From the NCBI GenBank assembly GCA_964270895.1, contig OZ185436.1: a stretch of DNA of 64,000 nt. One strand, given 5' to 3'. Source of the stretch: Podarcis filfolensis. Lineage: Eukaryota. Positions within the stretch are counted from its first letter, which is position 1; each line of letters starts with the position of its first letter. A program made the translations under genes and the position numbers. The notes under the pieces are model-generated. The model did no database searches. It saw nothing but the letters and a program-made list of their open reading frames with translations, and was not told where the DNA came from. This document shows positions 38,531 through 48,440 of this stretch, piece by piece.

Positions 38531-38792
38531 TTTGGATTTGCAGGAATCTCGTATCCTGCTCAAACCATCCCCCACCACCACTGAATGCCACGCTCTCCAA
38601 CTATATTTTTCCCACATCTATTATTCCATGAAAGAAAATGTTTCATCCCAACTGGCCCTATGAAACATACCTGATGGGGACAGAATGGTGGCTGTCAGTG
38701 CCAGTGGCTATTGTTGTTATCTCTTTGTAATGCCACTGTATAAATGAGGTATAATATACATGCAAGGCATTTCCCCCCACAGACTACTTCCT

Positions 38793-41660
38793 TTATGGCA
38801 CTTCATCCGAAGCAAATCTAGGCAAAATGGGGTGTTCCTCTTCTTTTCCTTCACCTGTCTTCATAGCCATATTGAGCTTTTGCCAAAACAGTGCAACTTC
38901 CTTCTCATCCTGGGGCCATTTGAGATATGTCTTCTTCCTAATAAGTTTTCTCATTCTATGGTAGGGTGATAAGTACTCGCTGGGAATGTCCTCCAGAAAA
39001 ATGAGAATCAGGACATCCTTGTTTTCATCAAAAAGGCGAAAGCTGGCCACCTGGATCTCCTTGGAGCACCACTCACTTTCCAGGTAGTGGCGACTTATGA
39101 TACAAATGGTTTTCCTGCTCATGTAGATGTTGTTTACAATATTTTCCAGGATGGACCGTCCTGGCTCAAAGTCTCGGTGATGAAGACAGAGCTTCCAATG
39201 ATATTGGTTTTCAAGCACTGGCAGGAGGTCATTTATCACCCACTCTTCATTGTGTGTGTTGTAAGAAAGGAAAGCGTCGTAAGCATAACCCATGGCTCGC
39301 TCCTTCCTTTTTTCCCTCTTGTCAATGAAATATGCAAGTAGTAGGTGGTAACTGTAGATCATGTGCAACCTCCACTGATAAATGAAGCAGATGAGCATCA
39401 GTAAAATTGCTGCAGATGTGTTTGTGATATACAGGATAAACCCATAGTCAATTATGCAAGAAGACGTCTCAAAGGTCCACAATTTCTGCCCCTTTTGTGT
39501 TGAAGGGGAAGCACAGATGTACTGGTAGAAATGGAGCACCTGAGCTTTAGGATCCTTTAGTGACCAGTTGAGGAACATTTCATTACTACAGGAACAGGCA
39601 AACGTATTTTCCCTGAGATCTAGAAAACGAAGGGCAGGCAAAGCTCTTATTTGTTCTTTTGTGATAACGTCTATTTGGTTTTCAGCTCCTCTGAAAAGAG
39701 TTAACTTGGAAAGGTTGCCATGGGAAACAAAGCTGAGTGAATTTAGTCCGTTTTTATTGAGGTGCAGTTCCCTCAGGTTTGGTACAGGCCAGAAGAGCAT
39801 ATTGCTGACATTGTTAAGAGAATTATCACTCAAATCAAGCTCTTCAAGCGTAGGGGTATATTTAAAAGTCTTGGGATCCAATAAAGATATTGCCAAGTTG
39901 CCTGCGTGGATTTGCACAATGGACTCCAGTCCTTGTAAGAAGTTAACTGGAAAGTTTTCAAGTCCGTTATGACGTTGGCTGTTTATATTAAATTTGTTTA
40001 AGGACTTCAACAGTTTAAAGGGAGGATTGACAAGCATTTTGGAGGACTTGTAACTGATATAATTGTTGAAAAGGTCTAGGTCTACTAAAGAACTTAAACC
40101 TTGAAATAGCCCTTCCTGGAAAGTGTCTTTGGTGATCTTGTTGCTACCAAGAACAAGGCTGTGCAGGTTACTCAAACCTTCAAAGGCTCCAGGTTCTATA
40201 GCAGCAATCTGATTGTCTGCCAGGTTAAGAACCAGCAGAGAAGTAAGATTCTTAAAAACGTCTTTTTTTATCGAATCCAGTTTATTTTGCCTTAGTATCA
40301 GGGTTTCCAGATTCTTTAAGCTTCCTGGGAAAGGTTCGTTGATTTCTGTTAAAAGATTTATTTCAAGATTCAGTTCTTGCAAGCTGTGTAGGTCACCGAA
40401 GATATTTGAATGGACATGAGAGATACGGTTTCCAGTGGCATAGAGACTTTTCAAATTATTTAGATGGGCAAAGTCATCTGGAAGAATTCTATAGATCTTG
40501 TTAAAACTAAGATCCAGGCATTCTAATGATGCTATGTTAGAGGTAGCATTTGGCACCATAGTGAACTTGTTGTTTGCCAAAGAAAGAAGTTTCAAAGAAT
40601 GCAAGGACTGAAACAGTGTCATTGGCAGCACTTTCAGCTTGTTAAATGCCATATTCAGATACCTTAGATGTGTGCAGTTTTCAAAGGCTCCTTCATTAAC
40701 ACTTGTGAACGAATTGTGCTGTAAGTTAAGAGTCTCAACATTTCCATGCCTTAGACATACCTGCTCTATAAGTCCATCTGTTTCAGTCAGGTGTAACCAG
40801 TTTAGGTGGATAGCCTCTAGCCAGGTGCAATTGATCATTTGGAGCACCTCTGAGATAGCTGGTGGTTTCATAGCTATACCTCCTAAAAATAATGTCTTTA
40901 AGCCTTTTAGGAAGCAAGGGTCTTGTATCAACCATATAATGGAGATATTAGGGATAGAGAAGGATAAATCAAGTGAAGAAAGGCTTTGTAAAACTGAAGT
41001 TGTAACATCAATGAGAGAAATGGGGTTATGAGATGCATCCAGTTCACGAAGCTGCTCAGGTACACTAATGATCTGTTTGGTTGAGAAATTCTGCAGATCA
41101 TTGTCTTTGATGTGCAGTTCCTCCAAGGATGCCACTTTAAACACAGCATGCATAGCATTCATGGTATACAATCTGTTTGAAGATAAATCAATTACCTTTA
41201 ATTTCTCCAAATGGGCAAAGGCAGAAGGTTCAATCTTGAGTATTTGATTGCTGCCAAGCATCAAGACCGTGAGATTTGTAAGCCCATCAAACATGGAGCT
41301 GGAGAGAAGAGTCAGCCGGTTTGCAGTGAGGTTCAAGAATTCCAGGTAGCTTGTGTGTATGAAAGCACCTCCTTCGATGTGTTCTACTTTGTTCTGAGAA
41401 ATGTTCAGAACTCGAAGGTGACCCAAGTTTCTGAAGTCAGTCCTCCACAGACTTCTGATTTTATTCTCAGACAAGTCCAAAGCATCAACTTTGCCAGGTA
41501 GGTGGGTTGGGACATTTTTCAAGCTCCTGTTGTAGCACAGAACTTTTGTTCTGTTCCCCAAGACTTCATGCACCTCACATTTCTCAAATGAGTAAGGTGT
41601 CACCCTTTGGTCTTGGCTGAAGAAAAGGAGCAGTGTTGATACAAGCCTCAGAGAAAACAT
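38793..41660 (-). CDS. TLR22: Toll-like receptor, TLR11/13/21/22 family, best match TLR22; single coding exon, 955 aa
   Basis: Signal-peptide-like N-terminus, then YSFEKC..C LRRNT, many LxxLxLxxN repeats, LRRCT (NTFACSC...C...C), a hydrophobic TM segment (YGFILYITNTSAAILLMLICFIY) and a TIR domain with YDAFLSY, LCLHHRDFEPG and FW boxes. The TIR segments SYNTH and SRKTICIISRHYLESEWCSKEIQVASFRLFDENKDVLILIFLE resemble fish/amphibian TLR22 as I recall it. Family call is secure; the TLR22 versus TLR13/21 label is from memory, not a phylogeny. Confidence 0.9.
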   Translation of the reverse strand: MFSLRLVSTLLLFFSQDQRVTPYSFEKCEVHEVLGNRTKVLCYNRSLKNVPTHLPGKVDALDLSENKIRSLWRTDFRNLGHLRVLNISQNKVEHIEGGAFIHTSYLEFLNLTANRLTLLSSSMFDGLTNLTVLMLGSNQILKIEPSAFAHLEKLKVIDLSSNRLYTMNAMHAVFKVASLEELHIKDNDLQNFSTKQIISVPEQLRELDASHNPISLIDVTTSVLQSLSSLDLSFSIPNISIIWLIQDPCFLKGLKTLFLGGIAMKPPAISEVLQMINCTWLEAIHLNWLHLTETDGLIEQVCLRHGNVETLNLQHNSFTSVNEGAFENCTHLRYLNMAFNKLKVLPMTLFQSLHSLKLLSLANNKFTMVPNATSNIASLECLDLSFNKIYRILPDDFAHLNNLKSLYATGNRISHVHSNIFGDLHSLQELNLEINLLTEINEPFPGSLKNLETLILRQNKLDSIKKDVFKNLTSLLVLNLADNQIAAIEPGAFEGLSNLHSLVLGSNKITKDTFQEGLFQGLSSLVDLDLFNNYISYKSSKMLVNPPFKLLKSLNKFNINSQRHNGLENFPVNFLQGLESIVQIHAGNLAISLLDPKTFKYTPTLEELDLSDNSLNNVSNMLFWPVPNLRELHLNKNGLNSLSFVSHGNLSKLTLFRGAENQIDVITKEQIRALPALRFLDLRENTFACSCSNEMFLNWSLKDPKAQVLHFYQYICASPSTQKGQKLWTFETSSCIIDYGFILYITNTSAAILLMLICFIYQWRLHMIYSYHLLLAYFIDKREKRKERAMGYAYDAFLSYNTHNEEWVINDLLPVLENQYHWKLCLHHRDFEPGRSILENIVNNIYMSRKTICIISRHYLESEWCSKEIQVASFRLFDENKDVLILIFLEDIPSEYLSPYHRMRKLIRKKTYLKWPQDEKEVALFWQKLNMAMKTGEGKEEEHPILPRFASDEVP

Positions 41661-41896
41661 CCTCCTTGTTGTGTAACTGCTCCCAGTGAATTTGAGAGCA
41701 AAATGGGTAAGTTGACACTGTGAAATATGTGCATTGCTGCATCGGAAATTCAGCTACTTACAAAATGAGAAGAAATGTTTCAAATGCGGAACATGAAAGT
41801 GCTGGCTCACTGGAGATGTGTACAGGAAGAAAACGGAACTGGTATGGCCAACTAGTTTCCAAGCCTTACTATAATTCAATCGAAGCATGTACAACT

Positions 41897-42025
41897 GAAT
41901 CATAGAATCATAGAGTTGGAAGGGACAATGAGGATCATCTAGTCCAACCCCCTGCAGTGCAGGAATCTTTTGCCCAATGTGGGGTTCAAACCACAACCCT
42001 GACATTAAGAGTCTCATGCTCTAAC
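41897..42025 (-). mobile_element. tRNA-Lys(CTT)-derived SINE with CR1-type (ATTCTATG)n tail
   Basis: Same family as 26453-26592; about 240 bp upstream of the TLR ATG. Confidence 0.8.
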
Positions 42026-42416
42026 AATTATTGTTGTTTCCTTGTTTGCCAGAGCAATTTGTTTTACACGTTTCTTAGTTGCTTGATGCTGTCATATGTT
42101 GATGTGTGGTGCGATCCTATGCATGCCTTCTCAAATTCAAGTTCTTGAGTTCAGTGGGGCTTACCTCCAAGCAAGTGTGTATAGCATTCTAACCCAAGCG
42201 AAACATTTGGTTTAAGGTGCACCTTCCCAGCAAGAGCCAATAATTTGTATGTACGGCAGGGACACAGCCTCTTAGGACACACGTAAACATCTTTGAGTTG
42301 CATCAGCACAGGTGAGGGAATGTTTCCAGCAGAGCTTGTGCTCAAACAGGCTCAGCAAGATTTTCTCTCTCTCCTTCATAATGCGTTCTTTGCAAGCCTT
42401 CCATTCCAGACTTTTC

Positions 42417-42426
42417 AGCCAATCAG
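42417..42426 (+). promoter_or_regulatory. CCAAT box (AGCCAATCAG)
   Basis: Full NF-Y-type context, lying between oppositely oriented consensus splice donors upstream of the TLR. Confidence 0.4.
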
Positions 42427-42677
42427 GAAAAACAGAGATCAGATACCGCAAACTGAGAGCGACTCCCAGAGACTGGCGTCTTAGCAAATGTGGAGCAAAA
42501 CATGGATGGTTAAACAGTGGAGATAACAGAAAAGAAGAGCACAGCTAAGGTAAGCATCTGCCTGTATATGTGTTTTCAAAGCTTTGGCTGTAAATAAAAT
42601 GCTCGAAAGGCGCTTCCAGACTGATGCTTTTTTGGGGTGGGATTCAGTCCATAGCTGTAACCCTTCCCTTTTTTTGC

Positions 42678-42687
42678 GGGAAATTCC
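42678..42687 (+). promoter_or_regulatory. Canonical NF-kB site GGGAAATTCC about 1 kb upstream of the TLR start codon
   Basis: Exact match to the GGGRNWYYCC consensus; near-palindromic GGGAAATTCCC. Function is not demonstrated. Confidence 0.55.
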
Positions 42688-44945
42688 CTTATTCCAGTGC
42701 CGTTTCCTGCTGCTTCCCGCTGCTATCCCGGATTGTTAGATATCCCATAGACTGTCCCCGGGACAGGTGAGGCTGCTGATCCCTTAGTTTCGAGACTGCT
42801 GATCCCTTATTTTCAAATCTGAAGTTGACAGCTATGATTCCGTCACATACCAGCAAACTGAGGCTGTGTAGTAAAGTTTGACTGGGAGCTTTTGCACAAC
42901 AAACCTGTTTCCCCCTAAAGATGGGAGTTTTTGCAATAAGGAAAGTGATGGGAAGATGCACTCAAAAGTGTGGGATGGCATCTAACTTCCCTGCAAACCA
43001 ATCAGAATGAATGCTCAATAAGCAGGTTATCTGGAACTGACCCAAATTTGTAACACATAGTGATGGAAATATTGACAGCTGCACAAATTAGAGGTAGGGG
43101 GTGAAATAACGTTTGCCAGGATCCAAGTTGAAAACAGGGATGTTCTATTAGTTCATTGCATTTCTTAAAACTTATATAATCATTGAAGTTTGCCCCAACC
43201 ACATTTTACCTTTTGCGGAATAGTCCTCTACGGTTGATTCAACACCAGTGGTGTATCATCCAGACATAAGGCCATGTTGTGTATTCTGCAAAATGTTCTT
43301 GACACCATTATTGGTGGGTTTGTTCTGCTTCAGTTTGGTCTGTGATACTTTTGTGATGCTATCACACGATTGCTGTGTGAAGCAGCTATTGTACAACAAA
43401 ACTGGGACGAAAATAAGCCAAAACGTTTGTAGTACAGGACTTCAGCAGGAAGTTATGGGATATGTACTGACTGGAAATGAAGCAGTGTGACTTCCCTAAA
43501 ACATTTGCACGTGCAAGTAGTATGGAAAACAGGATTGCCTCATGAATGCACATTAAAAAGGACTCGGGACCATAACAGTTGAGGCAAGGGAGGCAGTCTT
43601 GCTGTGGTGGAAGAATGTATGCTTCAAGCAAAGGATGAGTAGATGCTTCCCGCCCCCGTCCCCCTGGAATCGGGAGTGTGGAGCTGCCAGAACACTTCCC
43701 ACTCGCACATCCTGAATCAAGACCAAAGAAGAGGGGTGTCTCCAGACTATCAAACTTTTGCAGGAGGGATTCAAGTGCATACTGGAACTAGGTTTGCACA
43801 TTTAAAGTGCTCTGTCTCCCTAACGCAACAAATCCACTTTTCAAAAGAGCTGGGGGAAAGTGGAGAGGAAATACATTGAAAAGTGTGCGATGAACTAATG
43901 GCAGATAAGACATGTAAACACCCCACGGCACATGTGAATGAGGACGAATGCAGAATGGATGTTCGTTGTCATATTACCACACTTTAAGCAAATTGGAACG
44001 GATGCTCAATAAAGGCTGGATATAATCTAACCACCACTCCATGTAAGCTTAGTGCAAGTAAATCAGGATGAAGCTCAGTAAATAGGTTGGCTGGTGGTGG
44101 CATTAAAGCAAAATGCTGCTGAAGGAGGGAGCCTAGCCTTCATTTTTAATAGGCTACATGAACATTCACCGTCTTAGGCAGCATGGTGAAGAGCGCATTT
44201 AGTCTCCAAAGACTAAAGATGTTCAACCATCACTTGGGGTGGGGGGAAACCTTTCAACATTAATGAGCACAGCTGGGTAGTTATGCCACCTATTTCTGCC
44301 GATGTCACTACAAAATAAATAGGCAATGAACTGGCCCAGCCACATACCATGCAGCAGTCACTATCCAAACACATCAGCTGGGGAGGGGACAAGACATTGC
44401 CAGTAACAAGATGTTGCCAGTTGAACAATGGGGAAATGTGATATATTTCCAAGAGAAGCATTACTTTCGGGGGCTATCTAATTTTAATGTATAAAATAAT
44501 TACCCGAATCTTTGCAGCAAATGAGAGAGAATGCTTCATGTGCAGGGTAAGCATTAAATTGGCACTGGCCTAGGGAATGGTCTGACGGCACGGGATGCCA
44601 TTCTTCTACCACTGAAACTAAGCTTCAGTGGCAGGCAGGGATGAAACATGACCACACATTTCACAGCAGGGATGATGGTGAAGTTTCCAAGAGTGCTATT
44701 TGCTGATTTCTTGCATATCAAATTACCAACATAGGAAGCTGCCTCCTATCAAGACAGACCATTGGTACATCAGTCACAGTACTTTCTAAACTAGCTGGTG
44801 GAGACTGTCTGCGGTTTCAGGCAGGGTTTTCCCCAGCCCTATCTTGGGACACCAGGGTTTGAACCCAGGACCTTTGTTTGTTTGTTTGTTTGTTTGTTTT
44901 ACAAAGTTGTTATTGTAATTCACCAGATCTTAACCTATTACAGTA

Positions 44946-45160
44946 CAGTGGTACCTCGGGTTAAGAACTTAATTCGTTCTGGAGGTCCGTTCTTAAACTG
45001 AAACTGTTCTTAACCTGAAGCACCACTTTAGGTAATGCGGCCTCCTGCTGCCGCCGCACAATTTCTGTTCTCATCCTGAAGCAAAGTTCTTAACCCGAGG
45101 TACTATTTCTGGGTTAGCAGAGTCTGTAACCTGGAGCGTCTGTAACCCGAGGCACCACTG
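44946..45160. mobile_element. Tc1/mariner (Tigger-like) MITE inserted in an L1 relic
   Basis: TIRs CAGTGGTACCTCGGGTTA ... TAACCCGAGGCACCACTG, TA TSD. Confidence 0.9.
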
Positions 45161-45550
45161 TATTTGTAAGAATGGATTCCAAATATCATTGAATTTGTCC
45201 ATGGCAAGTCTGTGTTTATATGCAAGTTGTTTGTATGTTGTGAGTTTTATAGGTCTTCCATTCAATCGTAGAAGGGAGCCGCATTTTTATTTTTCCAATT
45301 CACCAATTTACCACCCTTTGCTGTGGTAAGGGCATGAAGAGTCCACTCGTATTGTCCTTTTGTAAGGTTCCATGTGCTGGGTATATAATTCAAGAGGATA
45401 CTTTGCTCTGTAAATGTAAGGTTGTTCTGTACAGTTCGGTTATTAGTTTCAGTTACCTTCTGCCAAAAATCTTTCAATATAGGACAATGAAAAAACATAT
45501 GTTTTAGAGAAGCATTATCCCTGTTACATCTCCAGCAGTTAGATACCTTA

Positions 45551-45895
45551 GGTAAAGGTAAAGGTACCCCTGCCCGTACGGGCCAGTCGTGTCCGACTCT
45601 GGGGTTGTGCGCCCATCTCGCTTAAGAGGCCAGCGCTGTGCGAAGACACTTCCGGGTCACGTGGCCAGCGTGACAAGCTGCATCTGGCGAGCCAGCGCAG
45701 CACACAGAAACGCCGTTTACCTTCCCGCTAGTAAGCGGTCCCTATTTATCTACTTGCACCCAGGGGTGCTTTCGAACTGCTAGGTTGGCAGGCGCTGGGA
45801 CCGAGCAACGGGAGCGCACCCCGCCGCGGGGATTCGAACCACCGATCGGCAAGTCCTAGGCGCTGAGGTTTTACCCACAGCGCCACCCGCGTCCC
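45551..45895 (-). mobile_element. Sauria SINE, young CpG-rich copy
   Basis: Full-length, (ACCTTT)n-type tail; 12-bp TSD ttagatacctta (45539-45550 and 45896-45907). Confidence 0.93.
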
Positions 45896-46428
45896 TTAGA
45901 TACCTTAGATAGCCCTTATTTAAACAACCGTAATGGGGTCCAGTATATTCTAAATATTATTTTTTGTTGTATGAGCCTCAATTTAAGGTCCAAAGACACC
46001 CTTGTTATATCAGTTAAAACAGTTTCCCACTGTGTGGTGGAAACTGAGATCTCTAGTTCTTTATTCCAATCCTTTTTTGTGGAATATAAGATTTTCTCAG
46101 AAAGAAACTCACCAGACAAGCTGACCAGAGGAGGAGGAGCTTTCATGAGTGTGCATGGCTAAGTATTACACTGCTGCTTTTGTTTTGAAAAATTCCAAAA
46201 CCCCTTTTATTATGACCATCCAAAAGCAGTGAGCAAGCTTTTGAATACGATATACTGGTAAGTTTTTGAGTTGGGTGTAAATGGTGTAGGGAGGATAGAG
46301 CGGTGAGGGAAAGGTTGCCTTGGTATTGAAGCCATACTGTCTGCCTTGGTCAAAAGTTCATTTTTATTGTATTGTCTTAGAAGAGGCATGACTATGGAGG
46401 TTGTCAGGAAGGATGCCTGCACTTTAGG

Positions 46429-46611
46429 CAGTGGCGTAGCGTGGGTTGTCAGCACCCGGGGCAAGGCAAGTAATTTGCGCCTCCTAACCCGTGGTAGGCT
46501 ACTCTGCCAGGTAGGGGCAGAGAGCTGCGAGTGCGAGCGCGAGCGCGCCCCCCTCCAGATGTTGCGCCCGGTGCGGCAAGCCCCCCCTGCACCCCCCATG
46601 CTACGCTACTG
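46429..46611. mobile_element. hAT-type MITE
   Basis: TIRs CAGTGGCGTAGCGTGGG ... CCCATGCTACGCTACTG; exact 8-bp TSD actttagg. Confidence 0.9.
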
Positions 46612-48211
46612 ACTTTAGGATTTTCTCACAGTGATAGTGCATAAAGGGGAGATCACTTGGGAACCATACTGCTCCTACTGTGAGCACTCTGGAGTCAGAA
46701 CAGAGTATAAATCTAATACTTTTTTATTTTTTAGTGGTAAAGCTATTACAAGTAGAGGAGGAATGTTAGATGCCAGATATGTGGAAATTAATGTTGTTAG
46801 AAAGTTAGTACTTCTTTAAAGAAGTACCAACTTTTGCATAAAGAAACATGGAGTTGGAACACTAATCAGGGGCAGGACTTGGGATAAGGCATGGGCTGCA
46901 CAAGCAATTTGCTGAGCTTCAGCTACCGGTATATACAGTACCATGCAATTGTTTGCTGATGCAGAGTGCAAACATACCTCAACTATTGCGCAAAATGTAA
47001 GGAGTGCTGTTGTAGAGATCAAAGTACAAGGGTGAATGTATGTCAGTTTGGAGATGGCAGCAGATATCATTGAATGATCTATGTACGGTGCTACATTTCC
47101 TTATTTACTTGCAAACAAGTGTCCTGCAAATAAGCCAAGCGGGTTGGATTTGTTCCTTTCTTTACAGTAAATTTGCTTTACCCAACACATCCAAAGTACT
47201 TATACACCAATCTGTGTCTCACATATAGAATAGTGTGTGTCATTCTTTTGAAGATCTCCATAAAAGTATTGAAATAGTTCACATCCTGGGGTATCTTGAT
47301 TCCACCCTACCAGAAAGCACCAACAATCTTCTAGATAATCTGAGTATTTATATCCTATAATCTTTCTTGGATAGCTGAGAAAATTGTTCTCTGCTTTCCT
47401 GATGTCGTTATATATGTTGAGTAATGTGAATGATATTGTGCCATTTGCAATTAAGCATCATTCTTTCTAGCAGTGGCTGGAAGCAAGTGATTCAACAGGC
47501 GTGGTTGTTGGGTAGTGAGTGGGTAGCATAGAAACCCCATTATGCTTTTTTCCTTTGTGCATTCACCACAGAAAGCCGTGGAAAGTGTAGAAAGGAAAAA
47601 AGTGTATTTGGGGTACAAATCAACACACTAGTGGGACAGGAGGTGGGATGGCATGGTGGGGTCTGTGTAAAGCCCCAGATCAAAAAGTAAGGCATTTTAT
47701 TAAATAGACAGGAATCATGTTCACACATTTTAGCTGACAATATCCAACTTGGTACTTAGCATTATTATCCTGGCTTTTAAATATAAAAAAGATCATCACA
47801 TGCAACAAGGAAATGTTGCATGGGTGGAATACTGCAGTGTTGAAATCTGTTCATCGTGTTTATATGACACTGCACTTTGGCTTAGTGGTTAAAGCGTGTC
47901 GCTACACCTAGAGTTAATTGATGGAATATTTGAGTCATCATTTTCCACATGCCCAGCTCTAGCTGTTTTACAGTTTAGAGTGTTTTCATGAACAAAAAGG
48001 AGCAGCGGAATTGTTATTTTGGATGTGCAAAGGATACCTGTTATTACTGCCGTTCTAAGCTGTCAAAGAATGCAAACTCCCAAGTTTTGCAGAAGGAATT
48101 TATCGATCTTTTCTTTTTTGCAAAACTTTATGAAGTTGAGAGAAAGTGGGGGAAAGCTCATTCTCAATAGAATATTATTTCTTCTGTCAAAATATAACCT
48201 GTCTGGATGAC

Positions 48212-48220
48212 CACACACAG

Positions 48221-48259
<39 letters not shown>
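48212..48259. repeat. Compound (CA)n(GA)n microsatellite
   Basis: Direct reading; a (TAC)n tract follows at about 48298-48330. Confidence 0.95.
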
Positions 48260-48334
48260 TATCTACCAATATACTTCAGGGCCTCATTTTTTCCATTTAC
48301 TACTACTACTGCTATTGCTACTACTACTAAAGTT

Positions 48335-48440
48335 GTCAGCAGGTGAGCCTCCCTAGGGAGGGCATTCCGTACACAGGGTACCACAACTGAAAAAGCCCCA
48401 TCTGTAGTCAACGCACACCTAAATTCAAATGGTGAGGGGA
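48335..48440 (-). mobile_element. L2-like LINE fragment
   Basis: Minus-strand AFSVVVPCVRNALPRE resembles the L2 ORF2 RAFSVAAP.LWN.LP motif; a similar piece lies at about 17610-17720. Confidence 0.5.

Larger units (their letters stand above)
44874..46150 (-). mobile_element. L1 ORF2 C-terminal relic with (CAAA)n tail, interrupted by a MITE and a Sauria SINE
   Basis: Rejoining across the SINE gives ...RLIQQKIIFRIYWTPLRLFK...SNCWRCNRDNASLKHMFFHCPILKDFW, the L1 ORF2 Cys-rich knuckle. The 5' boundary is approximate. Confidence 0.85.

Noticed and set aside
38760-41501. Plus-strand ORFs antisense to the TLR
   Set aside because: Short shadows of the real coding strand with no independent features.
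41701-41712. Perfect plus-strand donor TGG|GTAAGT just upstream of the TLR ATG
   Set aside because: Isolated motif with no supporting acceptor or promoter; can occur by chance.
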